In this document: positions 11,937 to 23,712 of the stretch, piece by piece
Layout: every line of letters starts with the position of its first letter
Numbering within the stretch: the first letter of the stretch is position 1
Source: Podarcis erhardii
Taxonomy: Eukaryota
DNA length: 64,000 nt
Assembly: GCA_964252035.1 (NCBI GenBank)
Contig: OZ176200.1
Strand: one strand, 5' to 3'
Notes under the pieces: generated by a model
The model's input: only the letters and a program-made list of their open reading frames with translations
Database searches by the model: none
What the model was told of the DNA's origin: nothing
Position numbers and translations under genes: made by a program

Positions 11937-13126
11937 AGGTTTTGTACATTGGGCCCCAAACATATGTAAGCAACATAAATTCATTGAAATTATTGAGATT
12001 GCATGTATTTAAGTCTTGAAAGAAATGACGTTATATATATAAATTGATGGGCTAAGACAAGCCAAAGGAACTTCTTTCAGCTTCTGGTGTATTAAGAATT
12101 GGTACAGTGAATCACACCTTTTCTTTAGCATAATATAATAGCATGGCTGATATTTGAAATAAACTACATAGAAGTTAACTTGACATATTTATTCTGGCGA
12201 CACTATGAGTGTAGATCTATACAGAATTCGTTTACACGAATCAGTGACCTGTATGACATTTGGCAAGTGAAAAATAAATTTCTCCTTACAGCTTCTATTT
12301 GCAGTTTAAAGGAGTATTATCATTTTTATTAGATTTTTCTACCATATACTTCAAGAGAAGTAATGAATGAACTGTAGCACTATACATAAAGCACTTACTT
12401 TCTGGCCATGATCTCATGTGTTCAAGAAGGGGGTGAACTATTTTCAGTGAGGAGTAAATATTACAATTTTAGTTTTCAAAAACCCTATCTGGTCAAAAAC
12501 TCTAACTGGTCAAGTGTTTCAAACATCATCTCAACCTTTTGGTGCTTAATTTGGCTTCTCTGTGAGCAGAACATTACAGCAAGAACATATTGAGGACTCA
12601 TTTCATCAAATTATAGTATGTTGGAAGAGAATGTGTGTGTCTATTAAAAGAATCTCTTTCTAAAAATGAAATAATCTCAAAGTGATCCATTGACTTGCAT
12701 AAAATGTTAGTAATCAAGCTCTTCATGGGAGCTCATAGTGAATTCTTCTGAAGAAAACCTGACCTGAACATCCTAGCTAATGCTGCTCTTGAGTTCATAG
12801 GAACATAACGTTTTGTAAAAGCTGTTTTTTCCCTTTAGGATTAAATTGAATTTCGAGTAGATTGCTGCAAAAGAAAGTATATTTGGCAGAACTTTCATTG
12901 TTCTCTGCGGAGCAGTTATTGACGTAACAAATGGACAGAATTTGTCTCTGCATGGGAACATGTTATATACATGGACTTGTTGCCTGAGCCACAAGTCAAG
13001 GCTCTCTTTTTGAACTGTGTTTTTAGGAAGGAATTACATTTTTAAAACCTGTCTTTTGACTAAAGTATTTGTGGGAAATGGATTTGAACAAGTAGTTCAT
13101 TATTTGGGCCCATCTATTCCGTAGTT

Positions 13127-13477
13127 GGGACACAGGTGGCGCTGTGGGTTAAACCACAGAGCCTAGAACTTGCAGATCAGAAGGTCAGCGGTTCGAATCC
13201 CCGCGACGGGGTGAGCTCCCATTGCTTGGTCCCTGTGCCTGCCAACCTAGCAATTCGAAAGCACATCAAATTGCAAGTAGATAAATAGGTACCGCTTCGG
13301 CGGGAAGGTAAACGGCGTTTCCGTGCGCTGCTCTGGTTCGTCAGAAGCAGCTTAGTCATGCTGGCCACATGACCTGGAAGCTGTACGCCAGCTCCCTCGG
13401 CCAATAAAGCAAGATGAGTGCTGCAACCCCAGAGTCGGTCATGACTGGACCTAAGGGTCAGGGGTCCCTTTACCTTT
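13127..13477 (+). mobile_element. Sauria SINE, full length (tRNA-derived head, Bov-B-like tail)
   Basis: Pol III B box GGTTCGAATCC at 13190-13200, (TACCTT) tail, and TSD TTCC(G/A)TAGTT at 13117-13126 and 13478-13487. Confidence 0.93.
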
Positions 13478-16400
13478 TTCCATAGTTAGTTTTCCAGTCT
13501 GGGACTTTACCTCTGTATTTTAGACAGTATTGTAATTTGGCACTTGCCATTATTACCTGTGACCACTTTCAGTTTACTGCTTAGAGTGCTGCTCCTGACT
13601 TTTTCAGCTGGTCCAGTTGCTACTATAATTGCCTGATACTGACTCATTAATACCTGCTGGGAAGTGGCAGCAGGAATAGAGCACCACACATAGCCACCCT
13701 GTTCAGCACAGAACAAGCACTACGATGGCAGCATGTGTGGATGCTTTTTAGATTTAGAGCTTTTAGCTATTTTAAGGCTAGAAAAGGGGTAGAAAGGAAG
13801 GGGAGAGTGAGTGTGAGCATCTCAAGTTGCACATTCAGCTTTGTCCCTGCTCCCATGGGAGAGGGCAACTTATAGCAGCAGTTTTGGCAAAGAGAGGCGG
13901 AGAAGGGCAAATGCAGCAGCAGGGAGTCTGTCACTGTTCCTGGAGTAGTTATTCATAATGCTGACTTTAGAGATGAAGGACATGACCAAACTACACTACA
14001 GTTCAATCAAGGAGGCAGTATAGCTCAGCCTTGCAGTAACTGGGAGGATGGTTTCATCAGAGGAAGGCCAAGGAATCCAACAGTAAGGCAGACACGGTCC
14101 AGAGCTGGTGTGAAGACATTGTTCTAGCAGATTTAGTGATGGCTGGGCACTTCATAATCAATTTTGATTTTCTGAACCACCTTGAAACATGCTGGGACTC
14201 TTTCTAAGCACTTTCCATAACAATCCAAAACAAAACTTTGAGAAACTTACCTCAGCATCTAGCCAGCCCTCTATCCCACAACCTACCTTAGCGAAGAGGG
14301 GCAATAGAGTTGCTGTGATGGCTTCTGTAGCTACAGAAGCCTCATTTTTTTGAAGGCATAGGCATTCCTGGATCCTTCTGAGTGTGCTCAAATGATCCAT
14401 TCTGCTTGGGAACTCAGGAAATAGTTCCCAATGCCTCTCTGCTTAACACATTGGGTGATGATGGATTAGGAACTCATTTATCAGCTGCCTAGCAGTAGTG
14501 GAACTCATCTGAGCACTGACCAGGTTCAGATGCAGCCAAGGAAGTAGTCAATTGGAAACCAGGCCTGACCTTCAGGAAGCATTTGAGCATAATGGCTCGA
14601 TTCCAAATTTTGGTGCCACTGCTGCTTTGGTTTGTTCTATACTTCCAGGAGACATTTTATAATCGGTAAATTTAGGTAAACTATTTCATAGCACTAGGCT
14701 GTGGGGATTCTGCATACAGAAGGGTCTCAGTGCTGAAGACTTAGAAAATGGTGGTTTCAGGACCTGATAATAGCTGGTGTGAGGTGTGGCATGTTCTTAA
14801 TAGGACAACAGAGTGCCATATACAAACAGAAACTTAATCAATAAAAAATGTTTCAAGCATGTTATACCCTGGTTCATTATTTTCTGTTTAGTTTCTTGAA
14901 TATTGTCAGTTGAAAGAAAATTGCTTGACCACCTAGGGACTACCTTCTCCCATGTCAACTTTTCCCTAAGATCAAGTGGAAAGATGTTGCTTCTCTCTAT
15001 TTGTGCAGGGTGGAGAGACACAATTGATGACATTCTTGCTGCAATCTGTCATCCTTGCTTTTTTACCAACATAACTCCTGTCTCCCCATTTGTAGACTGA
15101 GAGTAGGTTACATTATTAGCATACTGTCCTCCAAGACTCCTAAGTGAAACATTAATGTCAGGGCTGTTGTATGGCAGTGCAATCTTTCCAGATCAGCAGT
15201 ACATGAGCAATATAATATGCAGACTGGATTTTCTGAAGTCATCATTTTGATTTAAATATTCATACTTCAACAAAAGGGGAAAGCTGCTGCTGACTTATGA
15301 AAGTGGGTCAAGGTTTTGTTTGTTTTTAAATGGCCCTGTTTGGTCGTTTGTGATGCGTGACTGCTATTCCAGGCCTGGGAAATGGTTTGGCAGTATTTAT
15401 ATCTACTTGTGCCTGTATTAACTTTAAGTCAATTTAAATATATATCTAATACTGAACTTCTTTGTAAGTGTGAAATAAGTTGCAAATACTGTTTTATCCA
15501 TTCTTCTTAGAGGATGCGAGTTGTGTTAGTCTGTTCCAGGAAACAAAAAGCAAAGAGTTTGTGGCACTTTCAACAAATGCATTGTGGCATAAAGTGGGCC
15601 AAAGGGGTCATAAAACTTGGTTGATTTTGAATGAGAGGCAACACCAACCAACAATTTGCATCATATATGTGCAGAAAAGATAGTGTGTTGGAAATCACAT
15701 TTCTTTGACAAAACTGGTAAAAAGAAAATTGCAAGTGCTTGCAGTTACTTTCATTAGGCAATTTGGATTTTTGACTCACTAAACTGACTTTGTTTGGAAT
15801 GTGTTTTTGCATTTATTCATTTACTGAAAAAGCTGTATCCCGCTGCTTCTGCTCCAAAGAGTAAGATTTCCAATGTTCCACCTAGCTTTTCTTTGTAGGA
15901 TTGGTTTCAGTTTTTGCAAGCTGGTGACACTGACAAGGGGCATGTCAGAATGTGCTTTCAAAACCTTTGCATTTCATGGCTGATTAAAGCTAGCTTTGGG
16001 TTCTATTGAGCTTGCACTTTTTGGTACATAAGAATCTACATTTGCTGAATATGTTTTCCATTAGTATACAGCAGGGATGAGGAACATCCAGCCCATGTGC
16101 AAAACTTACTAGTTTGGCCCACAGTACAGTTTCCCTCAAATCATGCCCATCTGTCAAATATGGGCCATCACAGTTGGGAAGCTAAGGAACTGACCCACCA
16201 GCCAGAAGAGGTTCCCTACCCTGGCATATAGGATGTTCTTTATATTTAGAAATATCTAATGTTTGTAATGATTTTAAAAACACAGTCACTTTGCAATATG
16301 ATAGATACAGTACAAAAGGAAAAAGTTATGAGGGAAGAGAAAACAAGCAAATTCAGGTACTAATTCTTCATAAAAGCACATTGGTCTTTGTGAGCAAATT

Positions 16401-16874
16401 TCATCCCAGAAATGTTATATACCAGATTGTCTGAAAACCTTCTTATGGCAGTTCAAGTAGTACTTTGTCTCCATTTATCTATGACTATTAAGTAATTTGG
16501 TATACCTATTACTCATGTGGCTGCCTTTCTCCTGAGGCCATTATTGTAAAATTGCTGTCAAAACAAATTAAAGTAAAATAACTTAAGCTCAAGGGGCCAA
16601 AGATTTTTCTTATTAGTAGAAATAGAGGTAGATATATTTCTTTCAAATATGTATCATAGGTGTGGTTACTTGGAATGATGCTAGGCAGGAAGTCAGGAAT
16701 TCCAAGATGGAGCATGTTGGGAGTTGAGTTGTTGAAAACCATGAATTGCCTAAGAACACCACACAGTGAAGTGTTGATGTACTTAGGTGGGTGTGGTCCT
16801 GCTTGGTAGCCTGACTGAGAAACCACTGAAAAGTCTCAAGTTTGTGTAGTAGTTATAGTAGTAGTAGTAGTGAA

Positions 16875-17250
16875 GGGACCACGGGTGGCACTGTGGGTGA
16901 AACCACAGTGTCTAGGACTTGCTGATCGAAAGGTCAGCAGTTCGAATCCCCGCGCGGCGGGGTGAGCTCCCGTCGTTCGGTCCCAGCTCCTGCCTACCTA
17001 GCAGTTCGAAAGCACCCCAAAGTGCAAGTAGATAAATAGGGACCGCTCTCTAGCGGGAAGGTAAACGGCGTTTCCGTGTGCTGCGCTGGTGCTGGCTCGC
17101 CAGCTGCAGCTTAGTCACGCTGGCCATGTGACCCGGAAGCTGTCTTTGGACAAGCGCCGGCTCCCGGCCTCTTGAGCGAGATGAGCGCGCAACCCCAGAG
17201 TTGGTCACGACTGGACCTGTTGGTCAGGGGTACCTTTTACCTTTACCTTT
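16875..17250 (+). mobile_element. Sauria SINE, full length, divergent subfamily
   Basis: Head and tail match the 13127 copy but the central region differs. (TACCTT)n tail; flanked by ATAGTAGTAGTAGTAGT on both sides. Confidence 0.9.
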
Positions 17251-20200
17251 AATAGTAGTAGTAGTAGTTGTTGCTGATATTAAAATTATCATTGATTTGT
17301 CATGATTATCTGCTTCTGAATTCCAAATTCTTTGGAGGAATGCCACAGAAGTGAGTTTTTAAGCTTCACATAAGATGGCATGGATTTTCCAATGCCTCCT
17401 GATGGGTTTTAGAAACTTTAGCAAGAAAAGGGAAAGCCACACATATTGCACCAAGTGACTAAAAGTGTCAGCTGGGAAGTTCCCAATTCACTTACTCCTC
17501 AGCCACAGATTACTAAGGTCTCAACCTCAGGGCCTCACTAGCAATATGAGGATAACAATTTTAAAAATTATATACACTCTGTTTTGACAACAGGATTTCA
17601 AAGGCCTTCAGTACACAATAAGTAACACAGATATTGCAGCACAGACTAAAGCTAGGATGGGTAACCTTTTTGGCTTGGCAGGCCAGTTTCTCCAGCACTC
17701 TCCAGCACTGTGATCCAACCTTGATAGATGGGGTGGGACAAAATCATCTGACATCCTAGCGACACCTGGTGATCAATGCCTGTCAAGGTCCCTTATGCAA
17801 AGACTTCCCAAAGACTGAGTATAGGGCTGGTGAAGTGCTTTACGCAGTGACTCCCAAGCACCTGACAACCAGTTTGTTCTTGGTTGCTTGGAAAATGCTG
17901 ATAAATATAGCACTGCCGGAAACTCCTTTACCTGCCTGCCCCACACCAGCTGTCTGATGTGGGGCAGGTGGGCTTGGCTTAGCCAAAATGACCTGGTGGG
18001 CCAAGCAGGGAGGTCTGGTGGGGCAGAAGGTCCACACTCCTGGGTCAAAGGAGCGAGATAATTATTTTGCTAAAACAGCAAACTTTCTAAATTAGAGTGA
18101 ATACCATCTAGAATATATTTGCAGCATATTTTATGGGCTTGGAGTACTTCACATAAATTCTCAGCAATCATTTCAAAAGCTCTACACCATAGGCCTGCAT
18201 TTCTTGTTCTGTAAGAAGATAGGGTGAAGGGCTATGTGTGATATTTTTTTTCCAGTGAGAGAACAACATGGGGAAAGGGATTAAATTTTATTTCCTTGCC
18301 TGCCTTATCCTGTAGTTCTGATCGGGATTAGGAGCCCCATGGCTGATTTTTATGAAGAAAACAACAATAAAATCCCAAGTATGTAGTTCAGATATGTCTT
18401 GTTTAAAGTAACATGTAGTTTGAGCCTTTATTACTGTTCTAAAAAGTTTCTGCTTTCAATAATTGACTGGTCTAGTGCCAACCCTGTACTGTACATGATT
18501 AATTTGGCATGATCTATCTTTAGTGAGCCCATGCTGCTTTGCATTGTCTTTGCTATTTTCTTATATAACTTTTTGTTCTAAGACTTCATTTGACACTTAA
18601 GTTAAATCTAACAGAGCCTGTAGTTACCTGGATAGAGTTTATTCTCTTCCTTGAATATAGGTAAAACATTGGCTGTAATCCAGCCACTGGGTTCCTTACC
18701 CCCTCCAGAGTTAATTGACGTGTTACAAATTGTTTTTGGATCTGCTATTGCACATGCAGGCTTCTTTCACTATTTTTGGACAGCGATTGCGCAGCACTTG
18801 AGATTTGAATACATTTGGAACTGTAAGCTTCTCAGAACCTGGTGGCGTTGTGTGTTTTATTTTATAACAGTGTTTTTTTCCACAAAGGTTCAGATTATCC
18901 TGTGGTAGCAATGTAAAATTTACCTGTTTGGATGAATGTTTCTAGTAGCTTGTGATGAGATGGTACCTTTAAATGGCAGGTGCAATTTTTAGTATAGCTT
19001 TCGTTTTGTTTTAAAAAAATAAATCTCAGTTGCACTTTCAGAAATGAGACATATTAAAAATCAAACTTGCAAAACCTTCTGCTTATCTGTTCATAGTCTC
19101 ATCTTGACATCCTCATTTTCTTAGTTGAGATAAAATAAACACTAATGAATTGAAGCATATCCGTATATGTATTTGCCATCATTTGTATTAAACTGTGGTC
19201 CCACTCACTAAAATAAACTCCTGGAAAATTATATTTGCTACGTAAGTAATTTTCAGTAAGGATAATATTGGAGTCTATTGAATGAAACTTACTGAGAATT
19301 TAAAATCCTTCCATGATGAAAGTTGTCATTAAAAACTGACACATATACAATACTTCGTTAGATTTGTTACTACACTAGGTTTGCTATGGCCAGAAAAAGG
19401 GGGGGGGGGGGAATGAGGGGAAGCAACCATTACAGGAAGTGAAATTCTAGAACAGGCCGAGTAATGACATTTAATATGCAGCAAACAAGAAAATAAAATA
19501 TGAGCCACTTTACTTATTAAGCATTTTCATGGAATGAATTATATGCTGAAACTACGAAAAAAGACAGGAATAATTCTTTAAAATGGATATTCTTTGAATG
19601 CTAATTATGGTAGGTGGTGTTTATAGCATTTCAACATACACAGGGCTGCAAGAACCAATGCTTAATCATAGTCTTTTAGTGATGAAAATATAAAATGACA
19701 AACGCTTCACACTTGGCTTCATTTTACTGTTTGCAAATTCTTACGCAAATCAGTTCACCTCATTGGTTTGTGCTACTGTTAAATAAAGAACATGAATTTT
19801 AAAGGAAAATCCTGGTGTTTATGGTTTAAATGCTTTTCACATGATAGAAAAGGAACAGTTGCTCAGGTGCCTTTAGAAAGGCGAGTTTCGTGGTTGGCTG
19901 TGTGTGAGTGCTGAATTATAATGCAGACTGCTTAATTCATAACTCATGATGCAATTTTGCAGGCCTGTAAATCTGTGTGTACACAAACAACACAAAGAGT
20001 GGCAGATTGGTATGGAATTTGATTTGAATAATCATAAAAACAAATGTAATTGTGCCTGTTGTGGATATCATATCTTTTATAACACAAGGAAAAAATATAT
20101 ACAGAAATCTCTATCATGTAAGAAATCAGAGAAAGCGTGAAAAGTGAAGTGGTGGGAGACAGCTGCTACTGCTGCCTGGATTGGCAGCCTATTTATAATC

Positions 20201-20336
20201 ATGAAGGCTGGTAGCTGAATTTCTGTGCTGTAACGTTTTAGATAGAAATGACTGTATGTATATCAGTATTCTAGTTTTGAAGGAAAAGATACACTTTAGC
20301 AGCAAATATATTGCAATAAGAAAATAAGTTTCTGAA

Positions 20337-20536
20337 NNNNNNNNNNNNNNNNNNNNNNNNNNNNNNNNNNNNNNNNNNNNNNNNNNNNNNNNNNNNNNNN
20401 NNNNNNNNNNNNNNNNNNNNNNNNNNNNNNNNNNNNNNNNNNNNNNNNNNNNNNNNNNNNNNNNNNNNNNNNNNNNNNNNNNNNNNNNNNNNNNNNNNNN
20501 NNNNNNNNNNNNNNNNNNNNNNNNNNNNNNNNNNNN
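20337..20536. other. Assembly gap (200 N)
   Basis: Run of exactly 200 N, a placeholder length, so the true gap size is unknown. Confidence 0.99.
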
Positions 20537-21139
20537 TCACAAGTGGAAGACAGTTGGAACAGATAGTTGGCTGGGGGGTCTCTCAAGAATGTCCTGTTAG
20601 ATATATAATATGATATGGTCTAAGACATATTGGATTTTGGAACAGGAAGCATTTTTCTGGTTTGGCTCTTTGCCATATGAGAATGGATCTGTCGAAGTAA
20701 AAAGATAATGTGTTCCACCTTACTGGCCTAACCTGCTCCTAATCTTCAGTTTTGCACTAAAAATATTTTATTAACTAGCTATAACATATTGTGTGCATAG
20801 AGAATATGATATCCAAATTAGCTATTCACAAGTTGAGAGAGGAAAGTGAAGTGCTAAATAGGAAGGAAAGGGCTTGTTGTGGTGGCTTATGAAGAATCTC
20901 AGACAAGATTGCACAATGGCATCTCATCTGTAGCTTTGATGGTTGTTGGTTTGGAGCATTATAAAGTTTTCTGTTTCTTCTGTTTTCTTGTTGAAAAAAT
21001 CAACCTGTGTCACACCAGTTTTACGTATTTGAAATCTGGTCAATGATCTTGTTTTGGAAAATATATGAAAGAATGTTGCTTAAATATCTAAGGTGTCTAG
21101 TGACTAGAATTGCAGGTACAGAATTGCAGGTTTTTAATA

Positions 21140-21245
21140 TTTAACACTGTATTGTTTTTAATACTTGATTGGGAGCCGCCCAGAGTGGCTGGGGAAACTC
21201 AGCCAGATGGGCGGGGTATAAATAATAAATTATTATTATTATATA
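21140..21245 (+). mobile_element. L2-type 3' tail
   Basis: gggagccgcccagagtggctggggaaactcagccagatgggcggggtataaataataaattattattatt. Confidence 0.8.
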
Positions 21246-21269
21246 TTATTATTACAGTATTTAAACTGT

Positions 21270-21280
21270 TTATTGTATCA

Positions 21281-21311
<31 letters not shown>

Positions 21312-21345
21312 TGTTTCCATGCTCAACAATGTTGTTGTTGTTGTT
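21270..21345. repeat. Compound microsatellite (TAT)n ... (TGT)n
   Basis: Read directly. Confidence 0.9.
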
Positions 21346-21685
21346 TGGTGTATGAAAGTGTTCACTCTACTTTGTTTTTGCTATGTTTTATCCACCATGC
21401 AAAAATGTTTCATGGAACCGTTAGAACATTGGCCTTAGCTCAGTGTGTGGAAGGCTGGAGAGCTATGACCTGCTTTTCATTAATATGGAGAACACGCTTT
21501 GCCGCATCAAGTTTCCTTTTTGAGATGGTGCCTGACCCTCTCATCAGCAGATTCTAGCAGGCTAAAACATACCTTGAACAGAAGGTATCTTCTGATGACT
21601 CTTCCATTTCCAAACAATGTTTGGATGGCAGCTGGAAGCCAGATTTTCTAGATTACTAGATTACTGCCTTGACTGCTGCCACAGA

Positions 21686-21820
21686 GTATGTATGTATGTA
21701 TGTATGTATGTATGTATGTATGTATGTATGTATGTATGTATTTAGTTAGTAGTTAGTTTAGTTTGGTTAGTATACCTCTCTTTATCCATAGATCACAGGG
21801 CAGTTCACAACAAATTACAA
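21686..21820 (-). mobile_element. Probable L2-type 3' tail with a (TACA)n microsatellite tail
   Basis: The minus strand reads gtgaactgccctgtgatctatggataaagagaggtatac..., followed by (ACTA)/(TACA)n; (GTAT)n spans 21686-21741. Confidence 0.55.
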
Positions 21821-23489
21821 AATGAGAACTTGTGCCTGGTTTTCAGAGTCCATGCTAAAGAGGGTTTAGCATTAGATTCAGCAGTTCAAGAATCCTTTAG
21901 AGGAGACATTAGCATGAATAAGCATTGGTGTTGCATTATAAAAACTTCAGTAATTCAAAAGTAATGTTGTGATCTCTTTCCCACATTTTAAAAATCAATA
22001 ATTCATACAAACTCCAAGTTGCACTTATACACACATGGTCAGTTTCTTGGATTTACCGAGGTAATTTATAATTGGCAGTTGCATTTTAGCCTTTCTGGGG
22101 GTGGTTATGCAGTACTTTCTTACTGCATTACTACCCTCAGGTAGTTATGGATTTTTTTACAGGGTGGATTTTAAAAAAAAAAGAGGTGGGGAAGCCATAT
22201 TCAAGTAACTATTCATTCACCTTAAAAAAATAATACCCCTAGAAAGTCCCAAAGCTAATATTTTAGAAGAAAGCTGTCCATTCATCAAATAGCAAGGCAT
22301 TGTTGCAGATGAAGTGTCATGTCCTTGCTGATGTCTGCCACATTTTTAAAGGAGTTTTATACTTCAGTTGTAAAGTGTGTGAGCAGGTTGACTTGGTACA
22401 AAAAATTAAGCAATTTTCAAAGGTCACAAAACAAGGCAGTCATGGGGGAGGAGGAGGTACTGTTTACCTAGTGGTGTCACAGGTACTCCCAGACAACTGC
22501 CTAGATTTTTCTCACAATTGCTATGTTTTATCTAAATTGCACATTCAGTCTGAGCAGCTCCCCTCCCCATGGGTGTTTGGATTAAGATGTGCCTAGTATG
22601 CAGTAGTGGTGAGGCTGTGACAAATCATGCCCCTGTTTTACTGCTGGCAGACTGTTAACACAAGATTTGCATGTCAGCATGTCTGCTATTCATATTGCCA
22701 ATAAGTGTTTACTTACTTCAATGGCCACTTACTTGTTAAAAGCTGAATCTAAAATAAGTGGCCATTTATACTGGAGAGCGATTTAGTCAGTTCAGTACAT
22801 GCTAAATCATTTCCTTTCTTCAATGGCAGGGATTACAATTCAGTTTGCTTTTTGAAATGCTGTATAAATTATAAGTGTTGCCTATTTTACATATTTACTT
22901 ACCTGATTTAATCACACATGTTCTTGAATAACTAACAGCTGATTTGAATTTCGTGTAACTTATTTAGCTGAAATGACAAGCTTATCAAAAAGTGCATGCA
23001 AACAGACATCTCTGCTCCATAAGCCGTTTAAGTGATCTCTTTCTGTATTCAGCAAAGTTACAATACAAATCTGTTCCTTGTCCCAACTTTTGCAGTTCCT
23101 AACTTTCAATGCACTGTGTATTTTAGAGAGCCTTCAGCAATGAAAATGTCCTATTAAAGTTTTAATCTCAGCCATTAAAGACATGCTGATTCTGCAAGGG
23201 AAACTTTAACTGTGCTACCACTCAGACCCACTTAAGGTTACATCAACAGTTTTCTTTAAAGTAGGAAGTGATTTGTAACTAGGGAACTGTATAGAATAGA
23301 ATTGAAGGAAAGCAGTTTTGTATTATGAATGCTGAAGAAAGCATTAGTTGCTTGTGCATATTCCTAAAGTTGTCGCCTTTTGTCGCCTGGCTTCATGAGT
23401 TTTGTTCGAGAACTAGTTTAATGTAAGTTTTAGAACCATCACCCAACTCACTGAGATAAGAGAATGAGTCACACCAATGATCTATAAAA

Positions 23490-23712
23490 AGTATAAATAC
23501 AGATATTGCATTTTTAACCGGTGCATCTCCAAGATGCAAGTTCTCCTTACTTCTCACTTCCCATTTTAGCCTAATAACCACCCTGAGAGATAGGTTAGGC
23601 CCAGAGAGTGGATGGTCCAAGGTCACACAGTGAGCTAAATGGCTGAGTGGGAATTTGAACCTGGATTTCCCCAGCCGCAGTCCAACACTATTAACTGCTC
23701 CACTAGCCTGGC
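23490..23712 (-). mobile_element. Degraded MIR/Ther1-like SINE
   Basis: ccaaggtcacacagtgagct..atggctgagtgggaatttgaacctgg...agtccaacact is the reverse complement of a MIR-like head and core. Confidence 0.65.

Noticed and set aside
13127-13205. tRNA-like A/B boxes (also 16875, 49029, 3323)
   Set aside because: Heads of tRNA-derived SINEs; no cloverleaf or acceptor stem, so not tRNA genes.
13840-14600. GC-balanced stretches that look like very old LINE remnants (also about 38100-38900 and 44720-45180)
   Set aside because: No RT or endonuclease motif or tail could be recognised by eye; needs RepeatMasker or nhmmer.
20271-20586. ORFs containing long X runs
   Set aside because: They span the 200-N assembly gap.
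21273-21557. ORFs with poly-Tyr/Cys/Leu/Ile runs (also 34637-34942)
   Set aside because: Translations of trinucleotide microsatellites.
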